Positions 10,367 to 19,007 of a DNA stretch of 47,878 nt are shown here, one piece after another (position 1 is the first letter of the stretch; each line of letters opens with the position of its first letter). Origin of the DNA: an uncultured Anaerolineaceae bacterium. GTDB taxonomy: Bacteria > Chloroflexota > Anaerolineae > Anaerolineales > Anaerolineaceae. Both the position numbers and the translations under genes were made by a program. A model generated the notes under the pieces. The model ran no database searches, was not told the origin of the DNA, and saw only the letters and a list, made by a program, of their open reading frames with translations. The stretch is taken from positions 1 to 47,878 of the forward strand of contig CAZJLN010000001.1 in assembly GCA_964546745.1 (NCBI GenBank), read 5' to 3'.

Positions 10367-11137
10367 TTAGCCGAGCCTGCCGGTGATATAGTCTTCTGAT
10401 ATTTTTTGGGTCGGATTGGTGAACATGATATCCGTGGGAGACATCTCCACCAGTTCGCCCATCCAAAAAAGGCCGGTAAAGTCGGAGATGCGAGAAGCCT
10501 GCTGCATATTGTGAGTCACAATAACAATGGTGTAATTCTTTTTGAGCTCAGTTATCAGGGCTTCGATGTGGCTGGTGGCAATTGGATCCAAAGCTGAAGC
10601 TGGTTCATCCATCAGAATGACCTCTGGATGCACTGCCAGCAACCGTGCGATGCACAGCCTTTGCTGTTGCCCGAGAGATAGGCTTAATGCATCTTGTTTC
10701 AAGATTAATTTAACATCATCCCAAAGAGCTGCCTGTCGTAAACTTTGTTCTACCAAATTGTCTAGTTCATTTTTGTTAAGTTTCATGGCAGTAACGCGTG
10801 GCCCAAAAGCTACGTTATCAAAAATAGATTGGGGAAAGGGGTTCGGCTTTTGAAAAACCATACCGATACGCTGACGCAGGAGCGGAAGATCGACCGTAGG
10901 ATCATAGATATTATTGCCCTCAAATAAAATTTCCCCTTCAAGTCGGGTGCCTTTGATGGTGTCATTCATGCGATTTAGACAGCGTAAAAATGTGGATTTA
11001 CCGCAGCCTGAAGGCCCTATCAGGGCTGTCACTTTTTTTGGCAAAACATGCAAATTGATATCTTTTAAGGCAATCTTTTTACCGTAAAAGAAATTTATAT
11101 GATTTGCTTCTATGATTGCTTCTTGAGGTGTTTCCAT
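10367..11137 (-). CDS. pstB: Phosphate ABC transporter ATP-binding protein (canonical copy)
   Basis: 256 aa. [56 protein letters not shown] and C-terminal YITGRLG are PstB signatures. It is divergent from pstS. Confidence 0.93.
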   Translation of the reverse strand: METPQEAIIEANHINFFYGKKIALKDINLHVLPKKVTALIGPSGCGKSTFLRCLNRMNDTIKGTRLEGEILFEGNNIYDPTVDLPLLRQRIGMVFQKPNPFPQSIFDNVAFGPRVTAMKLNKNELDNLVEQSLRQAALWDDVKLILKQDALSLSLGQQQRLCIARLLAVHPEVILMDEPASALDPIATSHIEALITELKKNYTIVIVTHNMQQASRISDFTGLFWMGELVEMSPTDIMFTNPTQKISEDYITGRLG

Positions 11138-11248
11138 CGCAACAATTGTACCTTATAGTCAATACTGACAAGTGTGCGTCGAGGCGCAAGAGAAGTTCTT
11201 AACAATTTAATAAAACAATAGGCTTGTTTTTCGAATATAATCCAAACA

Positions 11249-12139
11249 ATGAGAAGGGTTGTCTATCTTGCCATTACGCTTTTTGTTTGGATTGCAGTCT
11301 CTTCCTGCGTAGCACAACCTTCTGATTCAATTCAACAAACCAATGACGTTCAGACGATTTCTTTTGAGAACAAAGGCTCTGATACAATTGTCAACCTTGC
11401 TCTGGCTTGGGCTGAGGCATATCAAAAACAACACCCGATGATCAATATTTCAGTTACTGGCGGGGGAAGCGGAACAGGTATTGCTGCTTTGTTGAATGGC
11501 ACTGCGGATATTGCGAATGCATCCAGAAAAATCACAGAAGAAGAAATTTCAAATGCCCAGGCAAATGGTATTGAGCCTTACGAAACTGTCATCGCCCGGG
11601 ACGCTATTGCGATTATTGTCAACCGTAATAACCCGGTTGACCAACTGACATTAAAGCAGATTTCGGACATCTATTCCGGGAAAATCAATAATTGGCAAGA
11701 AGTTGGGGGAAACGATTTGGAAATCGTGCGCCTATCGCGTGAAACCAATTCGGGCACACATGTCTATTTCCTTGAGACTGTCTTGCGAATGGGTGACAAA
11801 ACAAGCAAGCTGCTGCCCGATCCCCGCACACTTTTGTTGCCTTCCTCAGAAGGGATCACAACCGAAGTAAGGGATAACCCGCACGCCATTGGGTATGACG
11901 GTCTGGGGTATGTGACATCTGAAGTAAAAATGATCAAGGTAAGCAAGGGAGCGGAAGGTCCTTTTGTTTTACCATCTGCTGAAACGGTAAATGCATTAAA
12001 CTACCCCATTTCACGTGATCTTTATATCTATACTGATGGTGAACCAATGGGTGCGCTCAAAGATTATGTGGAATGGATTTTGTCAGATGAAGGGCAAAAA
12101 ATCGTGCTTGAACTGGGTTTTGTGCCAATTGGAGAATAA
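11249..12139 (+). CDS. pstS: Phosphate-binding lipoprotein
   Basis: 296 aa. Signal peptide with lipobox (AVSSC). SVTGGGSGTGIAAL, ASR, RETNSGT and GYDGLGY are PstS-family phosphate-binding motifs. An in-frame TAG at 11219-11221 excludes an upstream start. Confidence 0.9.
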   Translation: MRRVVYLAITLFVWIAVSSCVAQPSDSIQQTNDVQTISFENKGSDTIVNLALAWAEAYQKQHPMINISVTGGGSGTGIAALLNGTADIANASRKITEEEISNAQANGIEPYETVIARDAIAIIVNRNNPVDQLTLKQISDIYSGKINNWQEVGGNDLEIVRLSRETNSGTHVYFLETVLRMGDKTSKLLPDPRTLLLPSSEGITTEVRDNPHAIGYDGLGYVTSEVKMIKVSKGAEGPFVLPSAETVNALNYPISRDLYIYTDGEPMGALKDYVEWILSDEGQKIVLELGFVPIGE

Positions 12140-12150
12140 GATTTCGATTT

Positions 12151-13080
12151 ATGAGCAGCATTTTTTTGAAAGCGTTTCAGAAAGACACCCCTCCCGCGCA
12201 AAAGGCTGATGCTATTATCACACCTTTGATCAGGACATGCGGCTATTCTGCCATTATTTTTGTGTTGATGATCTTTTATTTCCTGTGGGGCGAAGGGATT
12301 CCAGCGCTAAGAGAAGTTGAACCAGGCAACTTATTTTCAATTCGCTGGTATCCAATTGAGGGGTATTACGGTATTCTTCCGCTGCTCGGTGGAACTCTTT
12401 TGGTGACTTTAGGTGCGGCAATTTTTGCAGTGCCAATCGGATTATTTACCGCAATTTTTATCTCTGAAATTGCTCCACGTTGGCTACGCAACTTGCTCAA
12501 GCCCATTATTGAAATTCTGGGTGGGCTGCCCTCAGTAGTACTTGGGTTTTTGGGGATTCTGGTTTTGTCTCCTTATCTACGTAAACTGTTTGACCTGCCA
12601 ACAGGATTAACTGCTTTGGCCGGCGCAATCCTGTTAGGTGCCATTTCTATTCCAACCATTGTTTCCATCTCGGAAGATGCGCTGGACGCTGTACCTCGCT
12701 CGTATCGGGATGCCTCATTGGCGATTGGGGCTACCCCATGGCAAACAATCTGGCGGGTCACTCTTCCTGCAGCACGATCCGGCGTTTTGACTGCAGTCAT
12801 GCTTGGAATCGGGAGGGCGATTGGCGAGACAATGACAGTGATGATGGTTACGGGAAATGCGGCTGTCATGCCAGATGGATTAAAATCGCTTTTTCTACCT
12901 GCCCGAACCATGACTGCAACCATCGCGGCAGAAATGGGCGAGGTTGCCAAAGGCAGTACCCATTATCATGTACTGTTTTTTATTGGAATCATCTTGTTCT
13001 TAATTTCACTGATTGTTAATGTGACTGCTTCATTATTAATGTATCGAAAGCAGAAGCGCGCAGAGAGAATCCTTTCATGA
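12151..13080 (+). CDS. pstC: Phosphate ABC transporter permease
   Basis: 309 aa, 6 TM. The EAA-like loop SEDALDAVPRSYRDASLAIGATPWQT is typical of PstC. It overlaps pstA by 4 nt. Confidence 0.9.
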   Translation: MSSIFLKAFQKDTPPAQKADAIITPLIRTCGYSAIIFVLMIFYFLWGEGIPALREVEPGNLFSIRWYPIEGYYGILPLLGGTLLVTLGAAIFAVPIGLFTAIFISEIAPRWLRNLLKPIIEILGGLPSVVLGFLGILVLSPYLRKLFDLPTGLTALAGAILLGAISIPTIVSISEDALDAVPRSYRDASLAIGATPWQTIWRVTLPAARSGVLTAVMLGIGRAIGETMTVMMVTGNAAVMPDGLKSLFLPARTMTATIAAEMGEVAKGSTHYHVLFFIGIILFLISLIVNVTASLLMYRKQKRAERILS

Positions 13081-13937
13081 ATCACTCCTCCCGCAAACGT
13101 CAAGTTACCCAAAGTGTTGGATATTCCGCCCTGAGCATAATTGCCATCCTGATTGTTATCCTGATTCTGAGTGTTGTGATTTACATTTTCACTAAAGGCG
13201 CAAAGGGGATCACGCCGGATTTCATCCTGGGATATCCGTATAACGGCATGCGTTCTGGTGGAATATTGCCGGCCATTGTAGGAACACTTTACCTGACATT
13301 GGGGACTGCAATTTTTTCTGTGCCACTTGGGATCGGCGCAGCCATCTACCTATCAGAATATGCACCGGACAATGTTTGGACACGGTTGATACGAATTGCA
13401 ATTACGAATTTGGCAGGTATTCCATCTGTCGTTTATGGGCTATTTGGGTTAGGTTTATTTGTCCTGTTCCTGAATTTAGGAACCAGTATCCTGGCTGGAT
13501 CCCTCACCCTTTCGATCATGACATTGCCAGTCATTATTAGCACAACTGAAGAAGCCTTGAGAGCCGTGCCGCAATCGTTTCGCGTGGTCAGTATATCACT
13601 TGGAGGGACGCACTGGCAAACGGTCTGGAAAATTGTATTGCCACAAGCCCTGCCGGGTATCCTGACGGGTGTGATCCTTGGACTGGAAAGGGCTGCAGGC
13701 GAGACTGCGCCAATTATGTTTACGGTGGCAGCTTTCTTCCTACCTCGCCTGCCAACCTCACCGATGGATGCGAGCATGGCACTGCCTTATCACTTGTTTG
13801 TCATTTCCACACAGGTGCCAGGGATGCCAATCCAAATTCAATTTGGAACGGCTTTAGTTTTGTTAGTATTTGTTATCAGTATGAACCTTATTGCAACTTT
13901 AATCCGAACGCGCGCACGTGCCAAAAGGCAATGGTGA
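13077..13937 (+). CDS. pstA: Phosphate ABC transporter permease
   Basis: 286 aa, 6 TM. TEEALRAVPQSFRVVSISLGGTHWQT is typical of PstA. Confidence 0.9.
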   Translation: MNHSSRKRQVTQSVGYSALSIIAILIVILILSVVIYIFTKGAKGITPDFILGYPYNGMRSGGILPAIVGTLYLTLGTAIFSVPLGIGAAIYLSEYAPDNVWTRLIRIAITNLAGIPSVVYGLFGLGLFVLFLNLGTSILAGSLTLSIMTLPVIISTTEEALRAVPQSFRVVSISLGGTHWQTVWKIVLPQALPGILTGVILGLERAAGETAPIMFTVAAFFLPRLPTSPMDASMALPYHLFVISTQVPGMPIQIQFGTALVLLVFVISMNLIATLIRTRARAKRQW

Positions 13938-13938
13938 C

Positions 13939-14697
13939 ATGATGGATAAGATCCTCATAGAGAACTTGACTATACAATACGCGGACGGTACAGAATCGCT
14001 CAAGAATATCAATTTAACCATTCCAGCCAATCAGATTACTGTTCTTTTTGGACCAGCAGGCGGAGGAAAATCTACCTTATTACGAACGATCAATCGATTA
14101 AACAATTTGGCAGACGTGAAAGTTGCGTCAGGAAAAGTTTGGCTGGATGGCGCAGACATCTTAGCTAAAGATGCTGATGTCATCTCTCTACGAAGAAAGA
14201 TCGGGATGGTGTTTGCCAGCCCGGTAGTTCTGCCATTTAGCATTCGCCGAAATGTTCTGTATGGGCTTGAGCTAGCTGGCGAGAAAAACGTAAGCCTTTT
14301 ACAGGAATCACTGGAACGCAGTCTTACGCAGGCGGCTATTTGGGATGAGGTGAAAGATCGGCTTGATGATCCTGCTTTTGCGCTTTCTGGCGGTCAACAA
14401 CAGCGGATTTGCCTTGCCCGCAGCCTGGCATTAAAACCTGAAATCATTCTTCTAGATGAACCTACTTCAGGTCTGGATCCCATATCCACATCCAAAGTTG
14501 AATACTCACTGCAGGAATTAAAATCAGACTATACCATCATTCTTGTTCCACATTCCATTCAACAAGCAGCCAGGGTGGCAGATTTAGCAGCATTTTTTCT
14601 GCAAGGTGAACTGATCGAAACTGCGAAAGGGAAGGAAATCTTCACCAGACCCATGGACAAACGTACTATCGACTATGTGGAAGGCAGATTTGGGTAA
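13939..14697 (+). CDS. pstB: Phosphate ABC transporter ATP-binding protein, divergent second copy
   Basis: Walker A GPAGGGKST, LSGGQQQRICLARSLA, ILLDEPTSGLDP, H-loop VPHSIQQAA and C-terminal YVEGRFG. I prefer the ATG-ATG at 13939 (MMDKILIENL), directly after the pstA stop, over the track's GTG at 13918. Confidence 0.85.
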   Translation: MMDKILIENLTIQYADGTESLKNINLTIPANQITVLFGPAGGGKSTLLRTINRLNNLADVKVASGKVWLDGADILAKDADVISLRRKIGMVFASPVVLPFSIRRNVLYGLELAGEKNVSLLQESLERSLTQAAIWDEVKDRLDDPAFALSGGQQQRICLARSLALKPEIILLDEPTSGLDPISTSKVEYSLQELKSDYTIILVPHSIQQAARVADLAAFFLQGELIETAKGKEIFTRPMDKRTIDYVEGRFG

Positions 14698-14740
14698 GCA
14701 AAATTTTTGTTGTGTCTATGAAAATAGGGAGTTAAAGAAC

Positions 14741-14769
14741 AAAGTGCGCAGATACGCACTTTTTATTTT
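14741..14769. terminator. Rho-independent terminator between convergent pstB2 and phoU, probably bidirectional
   Basis: AAAGTGCG (14741-14748) pairs with CGCACTTT (14755-14762) around the 6-nt loop CAGATA. It is followed by TTTTATTTTA on the plus strand and by TTTGTTCTTT on the minus strand. Confidence 0.65.
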
Positions 14770-14789
14770 ATTATCCAATCGGCGTTGAC

Positions 14790-15473
14790 TTACTGCTCGT
14801 CTTCCCATTCCTCGTAGGAACCAGCCATTTCCATTAATTCACCAGTAGCGATGAAGATTGTGCGTTCACAAATATTGGTGACCCTGTCTGCAAAGCGCTC
14901 AATATTATGAATCACCCACATAATCAAACTGGCATGGTCAATGACGGCGGGATTTGCAATCATGCTTTCAATCAGTTTATGATAAACAAAATTGTAAAGA
15001 TCATCTACTTGTATGTCTTCATCAGGAATACTGCGTGCTTGATCGACATCTTCCAATATAAACGCATCCAAAGCGCGATGTAGCATGGAGACAGACAAAT
15101 CCGCTGCACTAATAATCTCACGGATGGGGATGGGGGTTTCGTCTCCATCTACCCTGCGAGCAACTTTGGCTATGCCTTTGGCATAGTCCCCCATACGCTC
15201 TAGTTCGGTGTTGATTTCGAGAGCGGAGGCGAGGAAGCGCAAATCCCGTGCCAAGGGTTGTTGGGTGGCAATGACAATTAAGACTCGATTTTCGATTGCG
15301 AAACGCTTTTCATTGATCTTGTCATCGGCGCGTTCAATTTGCAAAGCAAATTTGACATCTCGCCTTTTCAGGGCATCGACCGCATTGAGCAAAGCTTGTT
15401 CGACCAAGCTGCCAAGTAACAGGATTTCATCCTTTACCATTTGAATTTCTTTATCCAATGTCAATCGAGGCAT
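14790..15473 (-). CDS. phoU: Phosphate signalling accessory protein PhoU
   Basis: Two PhoU repeats with the E/D-x3-D motifs (ADDKINE.., ELERMGDYA.., PDEDIQVDDLY, NIERFADRV). The start is probably MPRLTLDKEI at 15473, which has GGAGG upstream; the track start is 15503. Confidence 0.9.
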   Translation of the reverse strand: MPRLTLDKEIQMVKDEILLLGSLVEQALLNAVDALKRRDVKFALQIERADDKINEKRFAIENRVLIVIATQQPLARDLRFLASALEINTELERMGDYAKGIAKVARRVDGDETPIPIREIISAADLSVSMLHRALDAFILEDVDQARSIPDEDIQVDDLYNFVYHKLIESMIANPAVIDHASLIMWVIHNIERFADRVTNICERTIFIATGELMEMAGSYEEWEDEQ

Positions 15474-15647
15474 ATTTCCTCCAGGCTTTTTTTGGCAATC
15501 CATTTACAGCGTCAGTTTACACACTTAGAGCAAGATTTAGCATGATAATAATATCAGACTTGGTGATTTTTACGAAACTAGTTTGTCAAGAACAGATTAA
15601 AGATTTGCATAAAAGCAGAAAAACCTTAATGTTGTCTTAAACTAAAA

Positions 15648-17036
15648 TTATGCCAGGGGAATAGTGAAAAAGAATGAACTACCACTACCCTCTTCGCTCT
15701 CAGCCCAGATCGTACCGCCATGAGCCTCGATCATGTGCCTGGCAATTGATAAACCCAATCCTGTACCCCCCCCAGATCTTGCCCGATCCGCCTTATAGAA
15801 GCGTTCAAAGATGCGGGTTAGATCTTTCTTGGCAATTCCAACGCCGGTATCTTTCACCCAGAAGAGAATGTTTTTCCCTTCCTGACATGCTCCAACCCAA
15901 ATCGTACCCCCATGGGGTGTGAATTTGATGGCATTGTGAAGAAGATTGATAATCACCTGAGAAATTCGATCTTTATCAGCAAACACTGGAGGAAGATCTG
16001 ATGGACATTCATTAATCAACGTTAAGCCTACCCGTTCTGCCTGGAGCGACATACGCTCAGTGGGAATGATCAGTAAAGTGCTTGGGGTGATGCGTTGAAA
16101 CTCAAAATTGACGCGCCCACCCTCAATGCGAGAAAGCTCCAGTAATTCATTGACAAGCAAAGTAAGGTTGTCAACTTCTGTATCCATGCGGGTGACAAAG
16201 CGCCTGGCAGCAGGAGGGTCATCCAGCGCACCACCTAGGAGAGTGTCGCTCAAGGCTTTCAATGATGCCATGGGTGTGCGAAGTTCATGAGAGACGTTGG
16301 AGATAAAATCCCGCCGGACAGTTTCAAGACGATGGATCTGGGTTAAATCCTGAAAAAGAAGCATGGAACGCTCTGACAGTTGAGGGCTTAAGGGGATACC
16401 AATAACCTGAAGAAAAGTGTGATTTGCGCCTAACTCCAATGAAATTGTTTGAGGATCTCCTTCGCGGGTTTTTGACCAAAGGTCAACAAGCTGGTGATGG
16501 CGCATGACCTCGACAACCGAGCGCCCCAAAGCATCGAATTCTTTGATGCGAAATAAGCGTTCAGCGGCAGGATTGAGCAGCTGAACATGCCCATCAAAGT
16601 CTGCAATCAAGACGCCATCTGTCATCGATTTAAGAACCGTAGAAAGCATGGCACGTTCTGTGGTAAGGGCTTCTATTTGCGCACCAATTTGCTGCGATGT
16701 CATGCGCAATGCGTTTCCCAGAACCTGGACTTCGCTGCTGGCACCAGGTATATCCGCTTGCTTATAGGCTCCTGTTCCAATTTGCCTGGCAGCATCTATT
16801 AGCTGCTGAAGGGGACTAAGAATGCGAACATAAAAAAGGTGGGCAAACAATAAGGCAACAGCAATTGCCAGCAGACTAACAACCCCCAGAATCCAATAGA
16901 ATAGTGCCAGTTTGTGTTCTCCGGCAGCAATGGTTTGCTTTAGAACTAATGGAAGTGCTACTGCCAAAATCACGACAACCCCCAGTATTAACAGGATATA
17001 TGGTAGAGCAATCCGTTTATAAAACGAAAATCGCAT
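15648..17036 (-). CDS. phoR: PhoR-type sensor histidine kinase (2 TM, HAMP, PAS, HisKA, HATPase)
   Basis: 462 aa. H-box FISNVSHELRTPM, N-box NLLHNAIKFT, and G-boxes DTGVGI and GGTGLGLSI. It lies next to an OmpR-family regulator and the pst/phoU genes. Confidence 0.8.
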   Translation of the reverse strand: MRFSFYKRIALPYILLILGVVVILAVALPLVLKQTIAAGEHKLALFYWILGVVSLLAIAVALLFAHLFYVRILSPLQQLIDAARQIGTGAYKQADIPGASSEVQVLGNALRMTSQQIGAQIEALTTERAMLSTVLKSMTDGVLIADFDGHVQLLNPAAERLFRIKEFDALGRSVVEVMRHHQLVDLWSKTREGDPQTISLELGANHTFLQVIGIPLSPQLSERSMLLFQDLTQIHRLETVRRDFISNVSHELRTPMASLKALSDTLLGGALDDPPAARRFVTRMDTEVDNLTLLVNELLELSRIEGGRVNFEFQRITPSTLLIIPTERMSLQAERVGLTLINECPSDLPPVFADKDRISQVIINLLHNAIKFTPHGGTIWVGACQEGKNILFWVKDTGVGIAKKDLTRIFERFYKADRARSGGGTGLGLSIARHMIEAHGGTIWAESEEGSGSSFFFTIPLA

Positions 17037-17038
17037 GA

Positions 17039-17746
17039 TTAACCCTCAAAACGGTAACCAGCACCTCTTACAGTTACAATCCGTTCAGGTAATTCTGGAG
17101 AAACCTCAATCTTTTCCCTTAGCCAGCGGATATGAACATCTACAGTACGCGAATCTCCGACAAAATCCCATCCCCATACACGCTCCAAGATGAATTGCCG
17201 TGAAAGGACCTGTCCCTTGTGCTGCCCCATAAAGGTAAGTAATTCATACTCCTTTGGTTTTAGGGGAAGAACAACATCATTCAGTTTAACTTCCCGGCGG
17301 GATTGGTCAATGATCAAATTACCAAAGACAAGCGGACGGATAAGCGTATCCTTTTCTGCGGTTCCAATTTCTTCAAGAATAAGACGGACGCGTCTCAGCA
17401 TAGCTTTTACCCGCGCAATTAACTCGCGCATGCTGAAGGGTTTGGCAAGGTAGTCATCTGCACCAACTTCAAGCCCAACAACACGATCAATTTCATCATC
17501 ACGGGCAGTCAGCATCAGCACAGGGATGTTGCTTTCCTGACGTAAAATACGACAGACTTCAAAGCCGTCCAAACCCGGCAACATGACGTCCAAGATGATC
17601 ATGTCGGGTTTTTGTGCGCGCGCCAAATCTATCGCAGCTGTTCCATCACCTGCAACCATGACTTCGTAACCCTCTTTTGTGAGATTATACGCCAGGGTTT
17701 CCTGGAGTGAAATTTCATCATCTACTACTAGAATTTTTTCGGGCAT
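17039..17746 (-). CDS. phoB: PhoB/PhoP-type OmpR-family response regulator
   Basis: 235 aa. Receiver domain ([24 protein letters not shown]) plus a winged-helix domain ([20 protein letters not shown]). It starts 1 nt after the GT4 stop codon. Confidence 0.8.
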   Translation of the reverse strand: MPEKILVVDDEISLQETLAYNLTKEGYEVMVAGDGTAAIDLARAQKPDMIILDVMLPGLDGFEVCRILRQESNIPVLMLTARDDEIDRVVGLEVGADDYLAKPFSMRELIARVKAMLRRVRLILEEIGTAEKDTLIRPLVFGNLIIDQSRREVKLNDVVLPLKPKEYELLTFMGQHKGQVLSRQFILERVWGWDFVGDSRTVDVHIRWLREKIEVSPELPERIVTVRGAGYRFEG

Positions 17747-17747
17747 G

Positions 17748-18959
17748 CTACCTCCTTAATGACAAAAGCAGATTATTAAATTGATCTGCTATTTTTGCAC
17801 GTGAAAAATTATTTTCAATATACTTGCGCCCAGATTCCCCCATGGTCTGAGCCACTGCCTTATCTGCCATGAGTTGATGGATGCCATCTGCCAAGGCACT
17901 CGGATCCCCAGGGTTAATAAACAACCCAGCGTTGGCTTGCTCTACCAAGTGCCGAATGACTCCATCGATTGCTAGCAAAACAGGTTTTCCTGCTGCCATA
18001 TAGTCAAAAACTTTATTAGGATAAGTCGTTTTATAAAGCTCAAGTGGCTTTAAAATGGCAAGGCAGGCATCGGCTGATGCCAAGGCACCTGGAATTTCAC
18101 TTTTGGGCAAGGGTGGAAGAAACACCACGTTTTTGAGATCAAGGGCTTGTGCCCTTGCTAACAAGATCGGCTTTTCTTTACCATCCCCTAATAGGACTAT
18201 TACCAGGTTTGGCTGGTTTCGCATGAGATCTGCGGTATCCAAAACAACATTGAGATCGTTTGACATGCCATGTGCGCCGGCATATAACACCACAAATTGA
18301 TCGTTAAGTCCAATGGCTGCCCTGAATGCTGATCCGGATATTTTGGGGTCAAACATATTTGGATCAGCACTATTGGGGATTAAGGTTACCTCTTTTGCGC
18401 CATGCTTTTTGACATGATCTATAAAACCAGGAGAGTTGACCACCAGATGATCTGCATGTCGATAAAGAAAGCGCTCCAACCATTCTGATAAACGAATTAA
18501 GCAACGATTCTTGAGAACACCTACAGCAATGGCAAACGCTGGCCAAAGATCGCGGACTTCAAAGAGAAATGGAATACGTTTTAGCCGTGTCAGCAGCCAG
18601 GCGGTGATGCCTTGAAAGATGGGTGGTGTGGTTCCCCATACCAAATCCACTTTTTTTACTGAAAGCCCAATCCAGAAGGATGAAAACATGAACGAAAAGA
18701 AACTGAACACCCTCCACACAAAGGAGCGATGCAGCGCAGGAAGTGTCCATGCACGGATAATAGTAACCCCGTGGTCGTCAATCTGCTGTTCAGACCAATG
18801 TGAGGGGGATTGTGATTTGCCAGTCAGGTAGGAAACCGGGCTGGCAATCACGGTCACCTTGTGTCCAAGGTCTGAAAGATAGCGTGCCAATTCGTGATGG
18901 CGCGTACCGCCGGGATCATTTAACGCAGCAAAAGCCTGGTGAATTAAGAGAATGTGCAT
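17748..18959 (-). CDS. Glycosyltransferase family 4 (GT-B, WcaI-like)
   Basis: 403 aa. [28 protein letters not shown] is the WcaI-type N-terminus. The C-terminal half has the GT1/GT4 nucleotide-sugar binding region ([15 protein letters not shown]). Confidence 0.85.
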   Translation of the reverse strand: MHILLIHQAFAALNDPGGTRHHELARYLSDLGHKVTVIASPVSYLTGKSQSPSHWSEQQIDDHGVTIIRAWTLPALHRSFVWRVFSFFSFMFSSFWIGLSVKKVDLVWGTTPPIFQGITAWLLTRLKRIPFLFEVRDLWPAFAIAVGVLKNRCLIRLSEWLERFLYRHADHLVVNSPGFIDHVKKHGAKEVTLIPNSADPNMFDPKISGSAFRAAIGLNDQFVVLYAGAHGMSNDLNVVLDTADLMRNQPNLVIVLLGDGKEKPILLARAQALDLKNVVFLPPLPKSEIPGALASADACLAILKPLELYKTTYPNKVFDYMAAGKPVLLAIDGVIRHLVEQANAGLFINPGDPSALADGIHQLMADKAVAQTMGESGRKYIENNFSRAKIADQFNNLLLSLRR

Positions 18960-19007
18960 GTTAACAATTTTACTCTACTTGAAGTTGGTACGAAGTACGT
19001 GACAAAA

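Noticed and set aside
12573-13777. 125-aa and 114-aa ORFs antisense to pstC and pstA (12573-12950, 13433-13777), and a 93-aa ORF in an alternative frame (12738-13019).
   Set aside because: These are shadow ORFs inside canonical permease genes, with no start context or motifs.
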